Source: Candidatus Avelusimicrobium gallicola (GTDB lineage: Bacteria > Elusimicrobiota > Elusimicrobia > Elusimicrobiales > UBA9959). Taken from it: DNA of 62,841 nt. The translations under genes were made by a program, and so were the position numbers. Positions within the stretch are counted from its first letter, which is position 1. Each line of letters begins with the position of its first letter. The stretch is from positions 1-62,841 of the forward strand of contig DYLH01000007.1 in the NCBI GenBank assembly GCA_020722185.1. The letters are read 5' to 3'. Positions 58,170 to 62,841 of the stretch are shown piece after piece. The notes under the pieces were generated by a model. It had not been told where the DNA came from, ran no database searches, and worked only from the letters and a program-made list of their open reading frames with translations.

Positions 58170-59723
58170 TCATTTTTTTTCAAACAAGCTTTTAGAGGTC
58201 ATCTCCACGGGTTTCTCTATGCCCATTACATCCATCACAGTCACGGCTATATCAGAGAGAATTCCCCTCTTTCTGAGCACCGAGTTTTTATACTCATTGC
58301 TTACGAGGATAAATTCTACAGGATTTGTCGTATGGGAAGTTTTCGGCATATTTATCTTGTAATCCCACATTTCCTCGCTATTTCCATGATCCGCAGATAT
58401 CATAACGACATATCCCTTGCTCAAAGCAGCTCTTGTAAGAATTCCCACACAATCATCCACCACTTCCACTGCCTTCACAGCGGCATTAAAATCGCCTGTA
58501 TGTCCCACCATATCGCCATTGGCAAAATTTACGAGTATGAAATCATATTTTCCAGTATTTATTTCTTCCTGACAGCGTTTGGCGACTGTATACGCGTCCA
58601 TTTCTGGATGCTGAGCAAAAGATGAAGGATCCCATCTGCCATTTATTTCAATTCTGTCTTCTCCTATTTCTGGTTCTATCTTTTTGCCATTGAAAAAAGA
58701 AGTGACATGCTTGAATTTTTGCGTCTCGGCTATTCTAAGTTGTCTCAAGCCTTTAGATGAAATCATTTGACCAAGCAAATTATTCATATTTCCACTTTCA
58801 CTCATAGGAGGAAGAGCGCTAAACGGAAACTCATCATAATACTTCGTGAGTCCGCAATACACTATATTGAATTTTTTCCATCTTTTGCCGGGATAATTCT
58901 CGTCTACAAAAGCTTTTGTGAGCTCTATGGCTCTGTCCTGCCTGAAATTGAAATGTATCACAGAATCCCCATCTTTCATCCCACTGTATTGGCCTATTAT
59001 ACAGGGCTCTATGTATTCATCTGTTACAGGTTCCCCTGTGGGATTCTTCATATTGGCATAGGCATATTCCACTGCCTCAACAGCGCTATTGAATTTTTTC
59101 CCTTGCGCTCTTGTTATTGCATCATAGCTTTTATCTATCAATGGCCATTTCTCACCTCTATCCATGGAAAAGTAACGGCCGATAATAGTAGCTATTTTGG
59201 CTTGAGGATATTGCTTGATAAAATCCTCCAGCATTTTCACATAAGCCAGCGAACTTCGTGGAGGTGTGTCTCGGCCATCTGCAAAAAAGTGTATATATAT
59301 GTTTTTAACTGAAAGTTCTGCAGCTTTTTTAATGATGGCGTAGAGATGATCCTGATGCGCATGAACTCCTTCATCCTGAACAAGTCCCATTAGATGAATA
59401 GTCCCTTTCTTCGAAGCATTTTCAAGCGCTTTTTTCATGGCGGCAGTCTCAAAAAAAGAGCCATCCTCTATCATATCTCTTATTCTCTTCAATTCCTGTA
59501 CAACTATTCTGCCAGCACCTATATTTAAATGTCCCACCTCTGAAGAACCCTGATAACCAGCCGGCAATCCCACAGCCTCACCAGAAGGCTCAAGCACGGT
59601 GTTTGGATATTCCTTGAGATAAGAATCTATATTTGGAGTTTTAGCAGCTTTGACAGAATTGTATTTATCATCCTCTCTACCTATACCCCAGCCATCCCTT
59701 ATTATAAGCAAAACTTTTTTCAT
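58170..59723 (-). CDS. gpmI: 2,3-bisphosphoglycerate-independent phosphoglycerate mutase
   Basis: IRDGWG, GSSEVGH, DGRDT, NFRQDR, AETQKF, DMVGHTG, ADHGN. Confidence 0.96.
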   Translation of the reverse strand: MKKVLLIIRDGWGIGREDDKYNSVKAAKTPNIDSYLKEYPNTVLEPSGEAVGLPAGYQGSSEVGHLNIGAGRIVVQELKRIRDMIEDGSFFETAAMKKALENASKKGTIHLMGLVQDEGVHAHQDHLYAIIKKAAELSVKNIYIHFFADGRDTPPRSSLAYVKMLEDFIKQYPQAKIATIIGRYFSMDRGEKWPLIDKSYDAITRAQGKKFNSAVEAVEYAYANMKNPTGEPVTDEYIEPCIIGQYSGMKDGDSVIHFNFRQDRAIELTKAFVDENYPGKRWKKFNIVYCGLTKYYDEFPFSALPPMSESGNMNNLLGQMISSKGLRQLRIAETQKFKHVTSFFNGKKIEPEIGEDRIEINGRWDPSSFAQHPEMDAYTVAKRCQEEINTGKYDFILVNFANGDMVGHTGDFNAAVKAVEVVDDCVGILTRAALSKGYVVMISADHGNSEEMWDYKINMPKTSHTTNPVEFILVSNEYKNSVLRKRGILSDIAVTVMDVMGIEKPVEMTSKSLFEKK

Positions 59724-59830
59724 TTTAAGCCTCCGGAATAACTCTATTGCCAAAACAAAGAAAACAAGGTACCATTATATTTTAGAAAATATACAGAACT
59801 TTTACTAATAAACCCGCGTAGGGAAACAGT

Positions 59831-60055
59831 ATGAGATTGGTAAAAATAAAAGTCAAAGCTAAGGCCAAACAAAACAGTATTGAAGACCATGGCAAAGATT
59901 CTTTTATCATAAGCGTCAAAGAGCCAGCTGAAAACAATAGAGCCAATAAGGCGGCCTGCGCAATACTCGCAGCTCATCTTGGAGTGGAAGAGAATAAAGT
60001 TGTTTTGGTAAAAGGACACACCACGCCTTCTAAAATAGCTATGATATATAAATAG
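59831..60055 (+). CDS. DUF167 (YggU-like) protein
   Basis: VKAKAK, VKEPAENNRANKA, LVKGHTT..K. Confidence 0.85.
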   Translation: MRLVKIKVKAKAKQNSIEDHGKDSFIISVKEPAENNRANKAACAILAAHLGVEENKVVLVKGHTTPSKIAMIYK

Positions 60056-60144
60056 CTGGGGCGTGTATAAATCTCACTATGACAAGGCGCAAAGAGCAGA
60101 CAAATAAAAAAAAACACAAGCAAAACTAAAGATCTGGGGGCAAA

Positions 60145-60306
60145 ATGAATGAAATATTAGCTTCGTGTTATACTTCGCTTTTAATGAATTTCATGCCTTT
60201 CATTATTGCCGCCGTCTTAATAGGATTAATTCTGTTTCTGCCTACTTATTCAGCAAAAAAAAAGAAGGAAGAATTTAGAAAATCTCGCTATTTCTTTAGG
60301 ATTTGA
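60145..60306 (+). CDS. 53-aa single-pass membrane protein (below the ORF-track cutoff)
   Basis: Read by hand: GGGGG SD-like; MNEILASCYTSLLMNFMPFIIAAVLIGLILFLPTYSAKKKKEEFRKSRYFFRI*; TM followed by a basic stretch. Confidence 0.55.
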   Translation: MNEILASCYTSLLMNFMPFIIAAVLIGLILFLPTYSAKKKKEEFRKSRYFFRI

Positions 60307-60409
60307 ATTAAAACTAAGTGGCAGTTTTTTGCGATTCTGTTCTTTGTCGCCGTGGTTCTTTCCCTCTTTTCACTCTTTGTATTTTACATTTTTTACACTT
60401 TAGAAATGA

Positions 60410-60438
60410 TTGAAAACAGTTTTTTTTATTCGTATAAT
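60410..60438 (+). promoter_or_regulatory. Near-consensus sigma70 promoter placing +1 on the dsbA ATG
   Basis: TTGAAA-17-TATAAT-6-ATG. Confidence 0.7.
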
Positions 60439-60444
60439 TAGGCT

Positions 60445-61068
60445 ATGAAAAGGCTTACAACTGTCAAGATATTTTCAGCTTTGATTTTGATAATTGCCAC
60501 CACATCAACTGTGCTTATCTTCACACGTGGCGAAAAAACACAGGAGACACCTTCCCCAATGTGGCGTAGGATGGGGCCAGAGAAAGCGAAAATAATCATA
60601 TATGAACACTCAGATTTTGCCTGTCCTGCCTGCGCGGGCGCTAATTTCAAACTTAAGGAAATTATGAAAGTTTACGGCAAAGAGATACAACTTAATTTCA
60701 AACATTACCCGCTTACAATGATACATCGCTTTTCTCTGGATGCTGCGGCTTATGCCGATTGCGCCGGAGAACAGGGGAAATTTTGGGAATTTGCAGACCT
60801 TCTTTTCGCAAATGCCGAGAAATGGGCCAATAATGAAAATTTCAAGGAAGAATTCAAAGATTATGCCAAAAAACTAAATCTTGACTGGAAAAAACTTGAA
60901 GAATGTCATCAAGACCCAAAAACATTGAAACAGATAAAATCGGATATTTCCTATGGGGATCTCAAAGGTGTGGACGCCACTCCCACATTTTTCGTAAACG
61001 GGAAGAGGGCGGTAGGCACGCTTCAATTAATAAACAGAATTCAGATTTTGACTGCCGAAGAATTATGA
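60445..61068 (+). CDS. DsbA-family thioredoxin-fold oxidoreductase
   Basis: N-terminal anchor, SDFACPAC (CxxC), HYPL, GVDATPTFFVNG (cis-Pro loop). Confidence 0.9.
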   Translation: MKRLTTVKIFSALILIIATTSTVLIFTRGEKTQETPSPMWRRMGPEKAKIIIYEHSDFACPACAGANFKLKEIMKVYGKEIQLNFKHYPLTMIHRFSLDAAAYADCAGEQGKFWEFADLLFANAEKWANNENFKEEFKDYAKKLNLDWKKLEECHQDPKTLKQIKSDISYGDLKGVDATPTFFVNGKRAVGTLQLINRIQILTAEEL

Positions 61069-61532
61069 AAGAAAAGATTTTAAGCTTATTTTACATTTTT
61101 GCTAGGATGATGCCAGCCATAGTTCTTTTTTATGCTGGGTATGTAAAAATTGCCGCGCCAATGGAAGAATTTGCCTATGCCATAGAAAGATATAGGATTT
61201 TGCCATCACTTTTCATAGCGCCTATCGCTCAATTTTTTCCATGGTTTGAAGTCTATTTGGCCGTATTGCTCTTTTTTGGTCTATTCCAAAATGCAATGTT
61301 AAAAACGGCAACGATGATTTTTTTAGTTTTTGAAATATTATTACTGCAGGCTTTACTGCGCGGGCTTGAGGTGACTAATTGTGGCTGCTTTGGCGCAAGC
61401 AAATCAAATTCTATTGGTTTGGAGTTTACAATGAATATAGTGTGGCTTGCGCTTTTGATTTTGGCCTCTATAAAAAAACCAAATTTTTCGCTTGATTCTT
61501 TCCTTGAAAGGAGATTTTCAAATGAGAACTAG
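61065..61532 (+). CDS. DoxX/MauE family membrane protein
   Basis: True start ATG 61065; AGYVK, PWFE, NCGCFG; four TM helices. Confidence 0.82.
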   Translation: MKEKILSLFYIFARMMPAIVLFYAGYVKIAAPMEEFAYAIERYRILPSLFIAPIAQFFPWFEVYLAVLLFFGLFQNAMLKTATMIFLVFEILLLQALLRGLEVTNCGCFGASKSNSIGLEFTMNIVWLALLILASIKKPNFSLDSFLERRFSNEN

Positions 61533-62265
61533 ACTCTTTCTCATAGTTGCGCTTTCTCTCATATCTTTCCTGGGATTTAGAGGATATGAAGACAAAAAAG
61601 CGGCCGAAGCCATATGGCTTGAGGTTTCATGGCCTGAGAAAAACCAAAGCTATTACATAGAAATAGACACTGAAGGCCGATTTATGACAAAAGAAGAAAA
61701 AAAGAAGAAATTTTTAGTCAGGGAAGGACAAATAAAAAAGATGTATGCCAAAGATTTTTTCAGAGAAACCAAGAATTCCGAAGTAATTGGAGGAAGGAAT
61801 ACAGAAGGAGCAAAGCTACTGTTTTATAAGGGAGAGGTGATTAAAATCTCAGCTTATATAAACGGTGAATTGGTCAGGGTAGAAGCTCCAATGAAAGATT
61901 TCAGTGATTCATTTCGTTTTGCCTTTTCAGAAATGAAAAAAGAGATATTTAAATCCAAGCCACAATACAAATACCCCGCTTTTCTAACAGCAGTACCCCT
62001 TAAAGGAGTATTGCTAGCCCAGTTTCAAAAAGATTTACCTCAAGGCTATAAACTAAAAGTGGTAGAAATTAAGAAACTCAAAACTCAGCCACAGATTTAT
62101 CAGGCGATAAATCACCAGTATAAATTGATACCACTTAAAAACGAAGAAGAGGTTTCATCTATCTTAAATTTTATAAGTGAACAACAGCTTCTTGGAATGA
62201 AATCCCTTTTCTATCTGGGAACGACAAGAGGCAATTTTCAGTGTTCCATAGTTGAACCTGAATGA
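61522..62265 (+). CDS. Hypothetical exported protein
   Basis: AGGAG SD, N-terminal signal/anchor, soluble remainder; no family recognised. Confidence 0.6.
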   Translation: MRTRLFLIVALSLISFLGFRGYEDKKAAEAIWLEVSWPEKNQSYYIEIDTEGRFMTKEEKKKKFLVREGQIKKMYAKDFFRETKNSEVIGGRNTEGAKLLFYKGEVIKISAYINGELVRVEAPMKDFSDSFRFAFSEMKKEIFKSKPQYKYPAFLTAVPLKGVLLAQFQKDLPQGYKLKVVEIKKLKTQPQIYQAINHQYKLIPLKNEEEVSSILNFISEQQLLGMKSLFYLGTTRGNFQCSIVEPE

Positions 62266-62304
62266 GTATTGAATTGATGCCCACATTTAAAATAGAATAA
62301 ACCT

Positions 62305-62691
62305 ATGCCCGAAAATATATTTATAGTGGCCGTGGATGACGACGACACCATACTTGATGTGTATGAGTCTGGTCTTTCGGCGTATGAACTTAAAACCTTT
62401 GATGATCCACAAAAAGCCAAAGAGTACATATTCTCTGAGAAAAAACCTGATGTGATACTTATGGATATAATGATGCCTCATATAGACGGTATAGCCCTGA
62501 TGAATGAAATACATTCCAATGAAAGCACAAAACATATTTCGATAATAGCAGTAAGCGGACTAAATGATGCAGCTACATTAAACGATGCCCTGCTTTTTGG
62601 CGCTATGGACTATCTTGTAAAACCTTTTGATCTAGCAGAGTTGGAGTTGAAGATAAAAAAAGCTGCAGAAATATCCAAAAGAAACCGCTAA
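62305..62691 (+). CDS. Single-domain response regulator (CheY-like receiver)
   Basis: VAVDDDD, LMDIMMP, AVSG, DYLVKPF. Confidence 0.92.
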   Translation: MPENIFIVAVDDDDTILDVYESGLSAYELKTFDDPQKAKEYIFSEKKPDVILMDIMMPHIDGIALMNEIHSNESTKHISIIAVSGLNDAATLNDALLFGAMDYLVKPFDLAELELKIKKAAEISKRNR

Positions 62692-62841
62692 AACAGACAA
62701 TAGACAATCAAAAATTTTTGTTTTAAGATAATAATTGTCTATAATTATTATTGTTTACAATATGAGGAAAGTTATAAAATTTTTCCCTGTTTTATTTTTA
62801 TATAGATGAAATGACTTTCCGCTAGACTTTTTCAGGGAACC

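Noticed and set aside
58767-59312. Long antisense or alternative-frame ORFs (e.g. 58767-59312, 15331-15834, 47465-47998, 7541-7963, 60903-61064 extension)
   Set aside because: They are shadows of well-conserved genes on the other strand or frame, with no motifs and no SD.
1-62841. CRISPR array, IS element, prophage, rRNA
   Set aside because: No regularly spaced 25-45 bp repeats, transposase, phage structural gene or rRNA-like sequence was seen by eye.

Overview
AT-rich bacterial chromosome segment made up mostly of core genes. I see no prophage, IS element or CRISPR array. The gene inventory (GuaB3-type IMPDH, NadD-YqeK fusion, SWIB protein, putative-porin remnant, quinone-type PyrD) fits a diderm environmental lineage such as Elusimicrobiota; this is inference only. 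Contents in order: recA-xerD; nfeD-clpC-serine hydrolase; a guaB3-guaA-purC-purS-purL-purQ-purF-purD operon; radical SAM / NERD-helicase / PduO-like genes; a TPP riboswitch with thiC-thiD-thiE and an AIR-synthase-superfamily gene; pyrC-pyrD; mutL; pmbA-tldD; phoBR and pstSCAB-phoU; nadD-yqeK...pilT...rsfS; HDAC-family, protease and REC-GGDEF genes; SWIB, pckA, an aminotransferase, tRNA-Cys, yjbQ, PLD, gpmI and dsbA-doxX. The most interesting signals are non-coding and are not in the ORF track. (1) A 105-nt leader with an intrinsic terminator precedes the whole purine operon and matches no riboswitch I recognise. (2) A 6S-RNA-like structured RNA lies at about 31.06-31.22 kb. (3) About 11 first genes of transcription units have a -10 hexamer exactly 6-7 nt before the ATG and no strong SD, suggesting widespread leaderless translation. 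(4) Two outer-membrane beta-barrel genes (FadL-like and a Pho-regulated porin) are collapsed by deletion to remnants. (5) A perfect NrdR-box-like palindrome sits at the recA promoter. All structure and family calls were made by eye; nothing was searched or computed.
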